From NCBI GenBank assembly GCA_965216785.1, contig OZ244197.1:128001-192000 (forward strand): a stretch of 64,000 nt of DNA, read 5' to 3'. Numbering within the stretch: position 1 is the first letter of the stretch; each line of letters opens with the position of its first letter. This stretch comes from Thermodesulfobacteriota bacterium (lineage in GTDB: Bacteria > Desulfobacterota_D > UBA1144 > Nemesobacterales > UBA2774). Below, in pieces: positions 10,496 to 21,954 of the stretch. Under the pieces are notes generated by a model. It had not been told where the DNA came from and ran no database searches. It saw only the letters and a program-made list of their open reading frames with translations. Position numbers and translations under genes: made by a program.

Positions 10496-12305
10496 CTAAG
10501 TCTCTTGTCTCCTGAAGCTTTTTATAAAGCTCTAGAATCTGCTTTGCCAGAGGAGCTGCGACAGCGCCTCCCTTGCCTCCGTGCTCTACAAGCACAACGA
10601 CCGCGATCTCAGGGGCCTGTGCCGGAGCATAGGACATAAACCAGGCATGGTCTCCGTGTTTTCTCTTATCGCTTTGAGAATCAAGTGATACGACCTGCGC
10701 TGTGCCGGTCTTGCCAGCAACTGTATAATTCTCCATCCTGGCCCTTCTCCCCGTTCCGCCCGGGTCGTTGACAACCCCTATAAGAGCGTCCTGTATTAAA
10801 GCGATCTTATCATCTTCGAGAGGTATGGTCGCGACTACCTCCGCGCTGTTCTGAACTACGGTTTCACCTTCTCTGGTTTTAATCTTCCTGACAATATTTG
10901 GCTTTAAAATAGCGCCTCCGTTGGCAACCGAGGCGGTCATCATCGCTACCTGAAGAGGAGTCGCGCTTACGTAGCCCTGCCCTATGGCGGAGACTACAGT
11001 CTCACCCTGATACCAGGGTTTGTTGAATCTTTTAAGCTTCCATTCTCTGCTCGGAGCTACCCCCGCCCTTTCTTCTATACCGATTCCTGAAAGAGAGCCG
11101 AAACCAAACAATTTTATGTACTTACTGAATTTGTCTATGCCTAATTTCTCAGCCAATTTATAAAAATACACATCACAGGAATGTACTACGGCGAGTCTTA
11201 AATTGACCCATCCGTGTCCGCCTCTTTTCCAGCATCTAAATGTATTTCTTCCAAGCTTGTATTGACCGGGGCAGTTTACGAGCGTATCCGGGGTTACTAC
11301 GCCTTCTTTCAGCCCCGCTACGACCGGGACGACTTTAAACACCGATCCTGGCGCGTAAACACCCTGGGTGGAACGGTTAAGAAGAGGATAGGATTTATCG
11401 TTTATGAGCTCTGACCAGGTTTTTGAGTCTATACCTTTTATAAAATCTTCGGGATTAAAAGTGGGATTACTGGCAAGCGCGAGCACCTCGCCCGTATTTA
11501 CGTCAACGGCAACTATGGAGCCTGACTGCTCACCAAGCGCCTCCTCGGCTCCTCTCTGAAGATCTATATCGACAGTGAGTATGACGTCATTTCCCGATAC
11601 GCTCTTTTTGTTCGTGAGGTCTTTTTGAAATAGGCTGGAATCGACCCCCCTGCCGAGCGCATCAGTTACGTTTTGGATGTAACCGTCCTCACCGCGGAGG
11701 TAGGACTGCCAATTCTTCTCTACACCGCTTTTGCCCACCAGGTCGTTTCTGTTGGTCTTGGGATCCTTCTTGAGCTCATCTTCACTCACTTTACCTATGT
11801 ATCCGAGAAACGACGCGCCGAGCTTGCCGCGCGGGTATTTTCTCAGGTTGTTAACCTCTACGATCAGACCGGGGAGAGCGCTCTTACGGGCCTCTATGTA
11901 AGCAAGCTGGTCACGGTCGATGTCCTTGGCCAGAAGCACTGGACTGAAGCGGCTTATTTTCTTGGCGGAGTTTATTTTCTCTACTAAGGAGGAGGGCTCT
12001 AAATTGAGCACGCCTGAAAGCGATAGGCTAAGCTCTTGTATATCCTGAATCTCTTCAGGCAGCGCGTACACATCGAAAGAAGGACGGTTGACGACAAGCT
12101 CTCTTCCGAATCTGTCTAGAATCCTTCCCCTGGGCGCGGGGACTCTTTCAATTCTTATTCGGTTATCGAGCGAGAACTCTTCAAACTCGTCGCCCTTAAG
12201 TACCTGGAGATACCAGAGCCTCGAGGCCAGCACAAGGAATGCTATAGCCAGAATGACGGTAACAATTACGAGTCTATTTTTGAAGTTTTGCATGAAGCCT
12301 CGCAA
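10482..12305 (-). CDS. mrdA: Penicillin-binding protein 2
   Basis: GSVFK (SxxK), SCD (SxD) and KTGT motifs; mre operon context. Confidence 0.95.
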   Translation of the reverse strand: MRGFMQNFKNRLVIVTVILAIAFLVLASRLWYLQVLKGDEFEEFSLDNRIRIERVPAPRGRILDRFGRELVVNRPSFDVYALPEEIQDIQELSLSLSGVLNLEPSSLVEKINSAKKISRFSPVLLAKDIDRDQLAYIEARKSALPGLIVEVNNLRKYPRGKLGASFLGYIGKVSEDELKKDPKTNRNDLVGKSGVEKNWQSYLRGEDGYIQNVTDALGRGVDSSLFQKDLTNKKSVSGNDVILTVDIDLQRGAEEALGEQSGSIVAVDVNTGEVLALASNPTFNPEDFIKGIDSKTWSELINDKSYPLLNRSTQGVYAPGSVFKVVPVVAGLKEGVVTPDTLVNCPGQYKLGRNTFRCWKRGGHGWVNLRLAVVHSCDVYFYKLAEKLGIDKFSKYIKLFGFGSLSGIGIEERAGVAPSREWKLKRFNKPWYQGETVVSAIGQGYVSATPLQVAMMTASVANGGAILKPNIVRKIKTREGETVVQNSAEVVATIPLEDDKIALIQDALIGVVNDPGGTGRRARMENYTVAGKTGTAQVVSLDSQSDKRKHGDHAWFMSYAPAQAPEIAVVVLVEHGGKGGAVAAPLAKQILELYKKLQETRDLDDNV

Positions 12306-12765
12306 TCACCCAAAATAGCGGAATTCCTACAATCGTATTAACTACGGCTTGAGTCATAATTTCACTCAGCGTTAGAGTGAAGTATGTATCCTGTCTAATT
12401 TTAAATATAGAAATAATAAATGTCCATGAAAAAATTGTAGCTACAAAAATCACCAGTCCCTGCACGAGCCACTTTTTGAGATAAACGTGGTTAGAGCTCG
12501 TTCTAACCAGGAGATACGCGCTCAGGCGCGAAATAGTGAAAGTGCCCGGCAAATTGCCGGAGAGTACATCCATAAGATAACCGTTACCCGTGGCTAATAC
12601 GAGACTCCCCCTTACCTCTGAATATACGCCGAGAAATACGATTAGGATTAGATTTAAGTCCGGGAATACATAACCTACTTTTCTAGGCGATAATATTGTT
12701 GTCTGGAGTGTGATAAAGAGTAAGGATATGAGAGCGAATAATATTATGGATAGTGTTTTATTCAT
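12274..12765 (-). CDS. mreD: Rod shape-determining protein MreD
   Basis: Hydrophobic, PDLNL and GYLMDVLSG motifs; between mreC and mrdA. Confidence 0.85.
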   Translation of the reverse strand: MNKTLSIILFALISLLFITLQTTILSPRKVGYVFPDLNLILIVFLGVYSEVRGSLVLATGNGYLMDVLSGNLPGTFTISRLSAYLLVRTSSNHVYLKKWLVQGLVIFVATIFSWTFIISIFKIRQDTYFTLTLSEIMTQAVVNTIVGIPLFWVIARLHAKLQK

Positions 12766-13585
12766 TTAATACGACGCTGTCCACGTTTTTAAGTATTATA
12801 ACCACCTCTTCAAGCGAATTTAAATCCACGTGCGGGGAAACAGTTGCGGTGATAAAGCTGCCGTCTGCTTCGATGTCTGTCACAGTACCTATTATCACAC
12901 CCTTGGGGAAAAAGCCGTCCTTGCCAGAGGATATGACTTTATCGCCAATGCTTACGTCTGATTTCTTTTCTATATACTGCATGATACAGCCGCTGCCGGT
13001 GCCTTTCACAATGCCCCTTGCCCGCGTTCTGTGAATGTAGGCGTCGACCGCGCTTACAGGGTCGGTGATGAGAAGCACTTCGGAGCTCTTGTCGGCTGAA
13101 ACGAGTATCCGGCCTACTATTCCGTCGTAAGACGCGACGGGCATTCCCTGGGTTATACTGGAGCCCGTGCCCTTATCGACTAAGACGACCTGGGAGCGGA
13201 GTATGGAGGGGCTTGCGCCTATCACGTTTGCAGACACCACGGGATAGGAGGTTCTCTCTTTAAATTTGAGGAGCTTCTTCAGCCTTTTATTTTGCACCTG
13301 TGCTTCGCTAAGCTCAAACCTTTCCTGACGAAGAATATCGATCTCCTGCTGGAGCCTCATGTTGTCCTCTCTAAGCTGTACCAGGTCAAGGTATCTGTAC
13401 CAAACGGATACAACCTTGCTCGTAGAGGCTGAAACGAATTTCTGAGGATAATAAGTCACTGCCAGGACTAACCTGGATAGGGGATTATTGGCGGCCTTAT
13501 CCTGCTGGTATAGAGAGAAGAGCTGGATAGCCGCAAAAAACAGAATTAGTGTAATAAGTATAGTACGGCGTTTAAAGAAGCCCAT
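12758..13585 (-). CDS. mreC: Rod shape-determining protein MreC
   Basis: N-terminal TM, coiled coil, DKG and SSGKDGFFPKG motifs. Confidence 0.93.
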   Translation of the reverse strand: MGFFKRRTILITLILFFAAIQLFSLYQQDKAANNPLSRLVLAVTYYPQKFVSASTSKVVSVWYRYLDLVQLREDNMRLQQEIDILRQERFELSEAQVQNKRLKKLLKFKERTSYPVVSANVIGASPSILRSQVVLVDKGTGSSITQGMPVASYDGIVGRILVSADKSSEVLLITDPVSAVDAYIHRTRARGIVKGTGSGCIMQYIEKKSDVSIGDKVISSGKDGFFPKGVIIGTVTDIEADGSFITATVSPHVDLNSLEEVVIILKNVDSVVLNE

Positions 13586-13636
13586 TTACCACCCACAACC
13601 GTATTTAAGTTTAATAAGAGAAATCTAACCGGGTTT

Positions 13637-14680
13637 CTAAGAATAGGCCATGCTTACTTCTCTTAGAAGGTTCAGCTCATCAAGAGCCTTACCCGATCCG
13701 AATACTACGCATGTTAGAGGATCATCGGCTCTTGCAACCGGAAGCCCGGTCTCTTCTTTAATGAGCTCGTCCAGATTGCCGAGAAGCGCGCCCCCTCCGG
13801 TTAGTATAATTCCGCTGTCGACAATATCGGCAGCAAGCTCCGGGGGAGTTCTTTCAAGGGTCTGTTTTATGGCCTCGATGATGAGACTTACGGGCTCGGT
13901 GAGGGCCTCTTTAACTTCTTCTGAAGTTATTTCAATCGTACGGGGAATACCCGCTCGAAGGTCTCTGCCTTTTACGTTCATTGAGCCCACGTCACCGTTT
14001 CCGAGCACTTTGCCCAGTTTCTTTTTCACATCCTCTGCTGTTCTCTCACCAATCAGCATGTTGTAGTTACGCTTTACGTACTGCAGAATGGATTCGTCAA
14101 GCTTGTCGCCGCCTACTTTGATCGATTTGCTAACAACAATTCCCGCAAGAGAAATAACCGCTACCCCTGTGGTACCGCCCCCAATATCGACAACCATGTT
14201 GCCCGCGGGTTCTGTGACCGGCATGCCTGCTCCGATTGCGGCGGACATGGTCTCTTCGATCAGATAAACTTCCCTCGCTCCTGCAGCCTCTGCAGATTCT
14301 TTCACTGCCCTTTTTTCTACCTCTGTGATACCTATAGGAACGGATACGATAATCCTTGGCCTAACGAAGCTCTTACGGTTATTATGAGTTTTTCTGATGA
14401 AGTACTCGAGCATCTTCTGAGCGACGTCAAAATCGGCGATCACCCCATCCTTAAGAGGCCTGATAGCCTTAATTGAGCCTGGCGTTCTTCCGACCATATT
14501 CTTTGCTTCCGTACCTACGGCCAGGATCTTCTTGGTGCCCTTCACATCTTCCTGAACGGCCACCACAGAAGGCTCGTTGGCTACAATCCCCTTACCTCTT
14601 ACATAAACAAGCGTATTTGCAGTTCCCAAATCAACAGCCAGGTCATTTGAAAACCACCCTAGTATAGCGTCAAATATCAT
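13637..14680 (-). CDS. mreB: Rod shape-determining protein MreB
   Basis: [26 protein letters not shown] and LTGGGALL actin-like motifs. Confidence 0.98.
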   Translation of the reverse strand: MIFDAILGWFSNDLAVDLGTANTLVYVRGKGIVANEPSVVAVQEDVKGTKKILAVGTEAKNMVGRTPGSIKAIRPLKDGVIADFDVAQKMLEYFIRKTHNNRKSFVRPRIIVSVPIGITEVEKRAVKESAEAAGAREVYLIEETMSAAIGAGMPVTEPAGNMVVDIGGGTTGVAVISLAGIVVSKSIKVGGDKLDESILQYVKRNYNMLIGERTAEDVKKKLGKVLGNGDVGSMNVKGRDLRAGIPRTIEITSEEVKEALTEPVSLIIEAIKQTLERTPPELAADIVDSGIILTGGGALLGNLDELIKEETGLPVARADDPLTCVVFGSGKALDELNLLREVSMAYS

Positions 14681-14889
14681 TTCCAGAACCCTCCCAACCG
14701 AATTAATGCAAAACCCGAGTAAAAATTATTAATTACGGCTCTTTAATGAATATACCCAACCCTAATTATTAAGTACTTTTTCAAAAAATACAACCGTAAC
14801 TTCATACTATAATTGAAAGGGAAATAAAATCAAGGAGTTTCGGGGCAATATTAACCCTATTTATACCATATTCCGGATATATAACCGAG

Positions 14890-15978
14890 CTAAAAAGGAA
14901 TGCTGGAAACAACGGCATTATCTTGAGTTTCAGATTTACTGTCTTCAGCCGATTTAACAGTGATTTTAGTGCCGGGCTCCTTGAACTCTCTTCTTATGTA
15001 CCCAAGCGCAATCGGCTTTCCTAAAGATGGTGAGAACACCCCGCTTGTGATACGCCCGATTTTACGCTCCCCTAAAAATAATTGATCCCCAGGTTCAGGA
15101 ACCCTGTCTCCCTCGACCACAAACCCCATGAGATGCCAGTTGACATGCCCTCTCCATTTTATCCTTGCCACTACCTCCTGCCCCACATAACAGCCCTTCT
15201 CGAAATCAAGCGCGTCCCAAAGGGCCGCCTCGATCGGGATGTTGCTCTCATCCATATCAGTGCCGTAGACCGCAATGCCAGCCTCGACACGGAGAGTATT
15301 CATTGCTTCAAATCCTGCCGGGGTTATGCCGAATTCCTCGCCGCTGGTAATGAATAAATTCCAGACTGTGGAAGCAGCTTCTCCGGGCATATAGATATCG
15401 TAACCGTCCATGGGAGTCCTACTCACTTTTACGACCGTTACATCATTGCCGTTTATATCGGCACGAAAATGATCGTATTCCTCCATATCTTTGGGAGAGG
15501 TTCCTAAAGTTTTGAATAGTAGTTCTCTAGCCTTGGGACCATTTATCGAGAAAAGCCCGAGCTCTTCAGAGAGGTCGTCTATATCCGCCTTATAGGATAG
15601 TCTGTATTTCTTAAGTAGCTCGGCTACTTTTAGATTCAGGCCGGGCTCCAGATCAAGAAACGCGGAAGCCTCTTCTTTGTACACCTTCATATCCGAAACC
15701 ATACGCCCCTTAACCGTCAGAAGCGCCGCGTGCACGCCCTTTTCGGGCTCAAGCTTTACTACGTCGTTTGTGAGCATGCCCTGGAGGAATCTGAGATGGT
15801 CTTTGCCCGAGAGTCTGAGCTTGCCGCGGTGCGAGAGGTCTGAAATACCAACCGTAGTCCTTACAGCCTCATACTCGTTTTTAGTATCTCCGTAGTCGCT
15901 TGGTAATAGCCAATCTCCATTATCTGTGAAGTTTGCGCCTGATGCCAGGTGTGTGTCGTGAAGAGTAAGTTTATTCAT
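14890..15978 (-). CDS. Folate-binding YgfZ/GcvT-family aminomethyltransferase-like protein
   Basis: GcvT-like fold with YgfZ signature KGCYVGQE. Confidence 0.85.
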   Translation of the reverse strand: MNKLTLHDTHLASGANFTDNGDWLLPSDYGDTKNEYEAVRTTVGISDLSHRGKLRLSGKDHLRFLQGMLTNDVVKLEPEKGVHAALLTVKGRMVSDMKVYKEEASAFLDLEPGLNLKVAELLKKYRLSYKADIDDLSEELGLFSINGPKARELLFKTLGTSPKDMEEYDHFRADINGNDVTVVKVSRTPMDGYDIYMPGEAASTVWNLFITSGEEFGITPAGFEAMNTLRVEAGIAVYGTDMDESNIPIEAALWDALDFEKGCYVGQEVVARIKWRGHVNWHLMGFVVEGDRVPEPGDQLFLGERKIGRITSGVFSPSLGKPIALGYIRREFKEPGTKITVKSAEDSKSETQDNAVVSSIPF

Positions 15979-16183
15979 AATACGGTCCGGTTTTGTAAAG
16001 TATGAACGAATATTAATCTATGTACTGATAATATAAAGGGTCGTAGACCCTCACACAAAGCTGAATCCTTCACCGCACGCGCGCTATCTAATACGTAACA
16101 ATTTGAATGCGGGATTAGAGTATAACTTGAAAAACTTATCTTCAAATGTAGTATAAAGCCAAGACAATCTCCGAGGTTAGAAA

Positions 16184-17137
16184 ATGACAGACATTTCAAA
16201 GCTAAAAACAAGACATAAAGTGATAATCATGGGCTCGGGTCCCGCGGGTCTGACTGCGGCTCTCTACACGGCGAGAGCTAACCTGGAACCCATAATATTT
16301 GAGGGGCTCGAGGCCGGAGGGCAGCTTACGCTGACCACGGACGTAGAGAACTACCCGGGGTTTCCGGACGGAGTGATGGGTCCTGATCTGATGAACGCTA
16401 TGAGAGCCCAGGCTGTTAAGTTCGGCGCTGTTTCGATAATGGAGGAGATTACCTCTGTCGATCTGAGCGTAAGACCGTTTAAAGTGACCGCAGGTGATAC
16501 GGAGCTAGAGACGGATACTTTTATAATAGCTTCGGGGGCATCGGCTAAGATGCTGGGGCTTGATTCCGAAAAAGAGCTTTTGGGACACGGGGTGTCCACG
16601 TGCGCCACTTGCGACGGGTTCTTCTTTAAAGATAAAGAGCTTATCGTCGTAGGCGGTGGGGACAGCGCTGTAGAAGAGGGAATTTTCCTTACAAAGTTCG
16701 CATCCAGAGTGAACCTCGTGCATAGAAGGGACGAATTAAGAGCCTCCAAGATACTCCAGGACCGTGCTTTCGCGAATGAGAAAATGAATTTCATTTGGGA
16801 CAGCGAAGTAGAAGAAGTGCTCGGCGATAAAGAAGGCGGCGTAAGCGGAGTGAAGATAAAGAACGTAAAGACCGGGGAGGTTACAGAGAAAGAAGCGCAG
16901 GGAGTATTTGTAGCTATCGGTCATAACCCTAACACAACGCTCTTTAAAGGGCAGCTCGAAATGGATGATGTCGGCTATCTGATCACAAAAGCCGGGAGCA
17001 CGGAAACCAACGTGCCCGGCGTATTCGCAGCGGGAGACGTGCAGGATAATAAGTACCGTCAGGCCGTAACGGCTGCCGGGACCGGGTGCATGGCCGCGCT
17101 TGACGCAGAGAAATTTCTCGAAGAGCATGGGGAATAA
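16184..17137 (+). CDS. trxB: Thioredoxin-disulfide reductase
   Basis: GSGPAG, CATCDG, GGGDSA and FAAGDV motifs. Confidence 0.97.
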   Translation: MTDISKLKTRHKVIIMGSGPAGLTAALYTARANLEPIIFEGLEAGGQLTLTTDVENYPGFPDGVMGPDLMNAMRAQAVKFGAVSIMEEITSVDLSVRPFKVTAGDTELETDTFIIASGASAKMLGLDSEKELLGHGVSTCATCDGFFFKDKELIVVGGGDSAVEEGIFLTKFASRVNLVHRRDELRASKILQDRAFANEKMNFIWDSEVEEVLGDKEGGVSGVKIKNVKTGEVTEKEAQGVFVAIGHNPNTTLFKGQLEMDDVGYLITKAGSTETNVPGVFAAGDVQDNKYRQAVTAAGTGCMAALDAEKFLEEHGE

Positions 17138-17228
17138 GACATAGGGATTGCTTTAAGTACCGGTATTTCATTCAATTTGAATCCCGACATACTGTTATAG
17201 AACGGAAATTCTGTCCGGTCTTCCAGTT

Positions 17229-18644
17229 ATGAATAGTCCCAATGAAAACCACACCCTGAATATTACATCCATAGTTTCGGGGATTATACTCCTCGGCCTC
17301 TTCATCATACTTTGGTACATTTCACCACAATTCTCATTAGATATACCTCTTTCCGAGCAGCCTGTAATAATGCTCGTTTCGATCCTGGTCATAGCGGGCG
17401 CTGTATATCTGCTGGCACTCAGAAAGACACTGAAAGCAGCTCTTACTAAGAATTACTTCCTATGGATACTGGCAGTAGGCATTGCGATGAGGGTACTTAT
17501 GATCGTGTCTGTGCCGATCCTCGAAGACGATTACTTCCGCTACCTATGGGACGGAGGGGTGACGGTAAGCGGTGTGAACCCCTACAGCTTCTCACCTGAA
17601 AACGTTTTGGGAAACAACGGTATTCCCGAGAAGCTCGCGGAACTAGCCGGTGAGTCAGGCGGAATCATTGAGAATATAAACAACCCTTCCGTTCGAACAA
17701 TCTATCCGCCAATCGCCCAGGCCGCGTTCGCTCTCTCTTACCTAATCGATCCATTTGGTTTAATAACCTGGAGAATAATACTCCTGGTTTTCGATTTTAT
17801 AACACTCTTGCTATTATTCTACGCCCTTAGGGCAAAGAAGCGGCCATATGCGTATTTAATGATTTACTGGTGGAACCCGCTGCTCGTAAAAGAGATATTC
17901 AACTCGGGCCACCTGGACGTTTTGGTATTTCCTTTTGTTCTGGGCGGACTTTTGCTTGCGTCACAAAACCGACACGTAAGATCCACCCTAAGCTTGGTTA
18001 TAGGGTTCGGGATAAAGCTATGGCCCGCATTCCTGCTGCCTCTCGTGCTGCGCCCCCTACTCTCACAGCCGAGAAGACTTGCCGCGGCTTTACTGTTGAT
18101 GGTGATAATTCTCGGCGCGCTATTCGTACCGGTATATATGTCGGGGCTTGACCAGAGCTCCGGGTTTATCGCTTATGGAGAAAGGTGGCAGAATAACGAT
18201 TCAATTTTCAGAGGGCTTATTCTGATTTCCGAGGTAGCTCTCGATACGCTTGGCTACCAAGCTTTTCACAAATACGTTTTGGCCCGCGTGCTTGTCGCGG
18301 CGCTCATAGCGCTCTGGATAATTTTCATAACCTTCGGCGGTAGATTCAGAGACGTAGATTTATATAAAAAGAGTCTTTTCATCATAGCGTTTGTATTCCT
18401 TCTAAGCCCGACCCAATTTCCTTGGTATTACACGTGGCTTCTACCACTGCTCGCAGTGGCTCCGAGATTCTCTCTGCTTCTGCCGACTCTTCTCCTGCCG
18501 CTTTATTATCTTCGCTATTATTTTGAGCCGATGGGGAGGATAGATATTTTCACTGATCTGGTGGTGTGGGTAGAGTTCGTTCCGGTATGGATATTCATTC
18601 TAATTGAATGGCGCAGGGGTCTTAGTTCCTCTCAATATGACTAG
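17229..18644 (+). CDS. Polytopic membrane glycosyltransferase (GT87/DUF2029-like)
   Basis: DDYFRYLWDG, TIYPP, WWNPL..E..GHLD and PWY motifs typical of GT-C fold. Confidence 0.7.
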   Translation: MNSPNENHTLNITSIVSGIILLGLFIILWYISPQFSLDIPLSEQPVIMLVSILVIAGAVYLLALRKTLKAALTKNYFLWILAVGIAMRVLMIVSVPILEDDYFRYLWDGGVTVSGVNPYSFSPENVLGNNGIPEKLAELAGESGGIIENINNPSVRTIYPPIAQAAFALSYLIDPFGLITWRIILLVFDFITLLLLFYALRAKKRPYAYLMIYWWNPLLVKEIFNSGHLDVLVFPFVLGGLLLASQNRHVRSTLSLVIGFGIKLWPAFLLPLVLRPLLSQPRRLAAALLLMVIILGALFVPVYMSGLDQSSGFIAYGERWQNNDSIFRGLILISEVALDTLGYQAFHKYVLARVLVAALIALWIIFITFGGRFRDVDLYKKSLFIIAFVFLLSPTQFPWYYTWLLPLLAVAPRFSLLLPTLLLPLYYLRYYFEPMGRIDIFTDLVVWVEFVPVWIFILIEWRRGLSSSQYD

Positions 18645-19432
18645 CGCTTATTTAGACGCTCTAATAAATCAGGGAGCACCTTTTCCGCGGCTTGGATTCC
18701 ACACTCTATAATCTCTTGTCCACGGTGAAAATCCATGACTTTAACATGAGATACCCTCGGCTCTATTAATATATCGGGAGGATCCTTCTCGTAGCGGAAC
18801 TGATTGATGCGCCTCTGCGCGATGATGGAGCTCCTCTGGACTATCTCCACGATCGACCAGTTCCCTTCTTCCTGGTCAGTGGAGTTTGATATATCCGCGA
18901 GAAGATCTACGGCTATTACCACACGGGCCCCTAACGCTCGAGCGGCCGCTACGGGGACAGACTCGAGGATGCCGCCGTCAACCAGGATCTTGTCTTCATA
19001 AATTACAGGTTTAAACAGACCCGGGATCGAGACGCTTGCGTGCACAGCTCTTCGCAAGTCGCCTTTTGTAAAGGTTATCACTTCAGCTTTTTTAAGATCG
19101 ACAGAGAGGGCGGCAAAAGGTTTTTTGAGCTCTTCAATGTTCGTCTCGGGAACAAAATCGTTAAGGAGCTTTTCAATGTAGTCGCCGGTAAAAATCCCCA
19201 TTGCCGGCCAGCTGGGTCCGAGACGCAGCGCAAGCTCGGCACGGCTTACGTTGGCCGCATATTCCTCGAATCTTTCAATACTACCCGAAGCGTAAACCAC
19301 CCCCACAAGCGCGCCGATGCTCGTTCCGGTCACGATGTCGCAGTCTATGCCCGCTTCCCTGAGCACTCTAAGCACTCCTAGATGCGCAAACCCCTTAGCC
19401 CCGCCGCCGCCGAGAGCTAAACCTATCTTCAT
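18641..19432 (-). CDS. Patatin-like phospholipase
   Basis: GGGGAKG, GTSIG and DGG motifs. Confidence 0.93.
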   Translation of the reverse strand: MKIGLALGGGGAKGFAHLGVLRVLREAGIDCDIVTGTSIGALVGVVYASGSIERFEEYAANVSRAELALRLGPSWPAMGIFTGDYIEKLLNDFVPETNIEELKKPFAALSVDLKKAEVITFTKGDLRRAVHASVSIPGLFKPVIYEDKILVDGGILESVPVAAARALGARVVIAVDLLADISNSTDQEEGNWSIVEIVQRSSIIAQRRINQFRYEKDPPDILIEPRVSHVKVMDFHRGQEIIECGIQAAEKVLPDLLERLNKR

Positions 19433-19469
19433 CTGAACTCCCGGAACATCTTGGTCGATATCAGCATAA

Positions 19470-20636
19470 TTAAAACGAGTCGAAAAATTTTTTTATATAA
19501 CCTGTAAGCTCTCGGTATTCGAGTAAAAACGAGTCGTGTCCGTAGGGAGAGTCTATATCATAGTAATCAAGGTCTACACCGTTTGCCGTGAGCGCATCCA
19601 CAATCTCCTTTGACTGATATGTGGGGAACAGCCAGTCCGAGGTAAAGGATGAGACAAACACTTTTTTGCACTTTATTCTGGAAAAGGATTCCATGAGATC
19701 CTCATAGCCTTCAGCGGCGTCGTAGATATCGATCGCGCGCATGACGTAAATGTAGCTGTTGGCGTCGAACCTATCGACGAACTTCTCGCCCTGATACTCG
19801 AGATAGTTCTCGATATCGAACTTACTGTCGAGACGCTTTTTCATATTTTCGGGGTCAGAGTGCTTTCTGCCGAATTTCTCCCAAAGCCACCCGTGATTGA
19901 GATAGGTGATGTGACCGATCATCCTAGCAATGGCGAGACCGTTTCGGGGCAGCTTGCGCCCGTAGTAGTGCCCTCCGTTCCAGTTGGGATCGTCGATAAT
20001 AGCCCTTACACCCACCTTGTGTATGGCAATGGACTGCGGGTTGGAATTGGCGCCGGAAGCTATGAGAGCAATGGACTCGACAAGCTCAGGATACAGAAGC
20101 GCCCACTCAATTGCCTGCATCCCGCCCATCGACCCCCCGATTACGCATTTAATGCCCTTGATGCCAAGGTGATCTATGAGGCTTTTCTGCACCCGCACCA
20201 TATCGCGAATCGTGACTACGGGGAATGTTTGTCCGTACTCTTTACCGGTCTCAGGATTTATTGACGAGGGACCTGTCGTGCCGTAGCAGCTCCCGAGAAT
20301 ATTTGAGCACACTACAAAATATTTATCGGTATCAAACGCCCGGCCCGGCCCGATCATCACGTCCCACCACCCGGGGTATTTGTCATCGGAATTGTGCCTT
20401 CCGGCCGCATGAGCGTTGGCGGTGAGCGCGTGCTCTATCAGGAGTACATTGTCCCCGGCATCGTTAAGCTCGCCATAAGTTTCATACGCAACCGTTATAG
20501 GCCCAAGCTCGCTCCCGTTATCCAGGACGAGCCTGTCCGGAGGCTCGGCGAAAGTATAGAACTCTGTCCAAACCAGCCCCACCGAGCCTTCTTTAATGTT
20601 GACAACAGGATTTTCGCCTAGTTGCCTCTGTGTCAT
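19470..20636 (-). CDS. metX: Homoserine O-acetyltransferase
   Basis: HALT, GGSMGG, DWLF and GHDSFL catalytic motifs; ATG 20636 overlaps metY stop (ATGA). Confidence 0.93.
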   Translation of the reverse strand: MTQRQLGENPVVNIKEGSVGLVWTEFYTFAEPPDRLVLDNGSELGPITVAYETYGELNDAGDNVLLIEHALTANAHAAGRHNSDDKYPGWWDVMIGPGRAFDTDKYFVVCSNILGSCYGTTGPSSINPETGKEYGQTFPVVTIRDMVRVQKSLIDHLGIKGIKCVIGGSMGGMQAIEWALLYPELVESIALIASGANSNPQSIAIHKVGVRAIIDDPNWNGGHYYGRKLPRNGLAIARMIGHITYLNHGWLWEKFGRKHSDPENMKKRLDSKFDIENYLEYQGEKFVDRFDANSYIYVMRAIDIYDAAEGYEDLMESFSRIKCKKVFVSSFTSDWLFPTYQSKEIVDALTANGVDLDYYDIDSPYGHDSFLLEYRELTGYIKKFFDSF

Positions 20637-21928
20637 GCCTTCGCCTTTTGAGAGGCCGCGAGAGCCTGGTCCAAGTCCCATATGAGATCATCCAGGTTCT
20701 CAAGACCAAGTGAGATACGAACCATCTCGGGTGTAACGCCTGCTAATTTTTGCTCTTCTTCGTTTAACTGACGGTGAGTCGTAGATGAGGGGTGTGCAAT
20801 AAGAGACTTCGCATCACCAACGTTTACAAGGTGGCTGAACAGCTCTACGCTGTCAATCAGTTTACGCCCGGCATCCATGCCTCCCTTGACTCCGAACGTG
20901 AACACCGAGCCCGGCCCCTTGGGAAGGTATTTATCTGCTAATTCTTTGTAAGGACTGTCCGGAAGACCCGAATAGTGAACCCATGTCACAGCCGGGTGAT
21001 CTTTTAAGAACTTGGCTACTTCCAGAGCGTTATGACAGTGCCTGTCCATCCTGAGAGGAAGTGTCTCAAGCCCCTGTAGGAACAGGAAGGAATTAAACGG
21101 GCTTAGAGCCTGACCGTGGGTTCTGAGAATTTCGACCCTGGCCCTGACTGAGTAGGCAAAGTTCCCGAAGGTCTCATAAAACTTTATACCGTGATAGCCT
21201 TTTGAGGGCTCTGTCATGCAGGGGAAATTACCGTTATCCCAGGGGAAATTGCCCGATTCAACAATTACTCCGCCAATTGACGTCCCGTGGCCGCAAATGA
21301 ATTTTGTGGCTGAGTTTACAACAATATCGGCGCCGTATTCTATGGGCTTACATAGATACGGTGTTGCAAAAGTGTTATCTATGATAAGTGGAAGTCCAGC
21401 GTCGTGGGCTATCTTGGCAACAGCTTCGATGTCGAGGATATTTCCAAGCGGGTTACTAATGGTCTCAGCGTATAAAGCTCTTGTTTTGTCTGTTATAGCT
21501 TTTTTAAAGTTCTCGGGATCCTCGGGATCTACGAACGTGACGTTAATACCAAGATCTCTAAGGTTCACATCGAACTGAGTGAACGTGCCTCCGTACAGAG
21601 TGCTTGAAGAAACGATCTCGTGGCCTGTTTGCATGATATTCAGGATTGAGGTCATCTGGGCGGCCATGCCCGAGCTTAGCGCGAGCGCCGCCGTGCCACC
21701 TTCGAGCGCCGCCATTCTTTCTTCGAACACGGCATTGGTGGGATTCATGATCCGGGTGTAAATGTTCCCGAACGCTTCAAGGTTAAAAAGACTTGCCGCG
21801 TGATCCGCGCTATCGAACACATACGCCGTAGTCTGGTGAATCGGCACCGCGCGCGACCCTGTTGAAGGATCGGGCAGCTGCCCCGCATGTACACACTGTG
21901 TATCGAATCCGAATTTTCTCTCTGACAT
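20633..21928 (-). CDS. metY: O-acetylhomoserine aminocarboxypropyltransferase/sulfhydrylase
   Basis: GNIYTRIMNPT, SATKFICGHG PLP-Lys and HLVNVGDAKSLIAHP motifs. Confidence 0.95.
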   Translation of the reverse strand: MSERKFGFDTQCVHAGQLPDPSTGSRAVPIHQTTAYVFDSADHAASLFNLEAFGNIYTRIMNPTNAVFEERMAALEGGTAALALSSGMAAQMTSILNIMQTGHEIVSSSTLYGGTFTQFDVNLRDLGINVTFVDPEDPENFKKAITDKTRALYAETISNPLGNILDIEAVAKIAHDAGLPLIIDNTFATPYLCKPIEYGADIVVNSATKFICGHGTSIGGVIVESGNFPWDNGNFPCMTEPSKGYHGIKFYETFGNFAYSVRARVEILRTHGQALSPFNSFLFLQGLETLPLRMDRHCHNALEVAKFLKDHPAVTWVHYSGLPDSPYKELADKYLPKGPGSVFTFGVKGGMDAGRKLIDSVELFSHLVNVGDAKSLIAHPSSTTHRQLNEEEQKLAGVTPEMVRISLGLENLDDLIWDLDQALAASQKAKA

Positions 21929-21954
21929 TCTACTCCCTCCTAATAAATTGGTAT

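Noticed and set aside
16037-16051. Hairpin AGGGTC-GTA-GACCCT upstream of the ygfZ-like gene as a glycine riboswitch
   Set aside because: Only a 6-bp stem; no riboswitch consensus.
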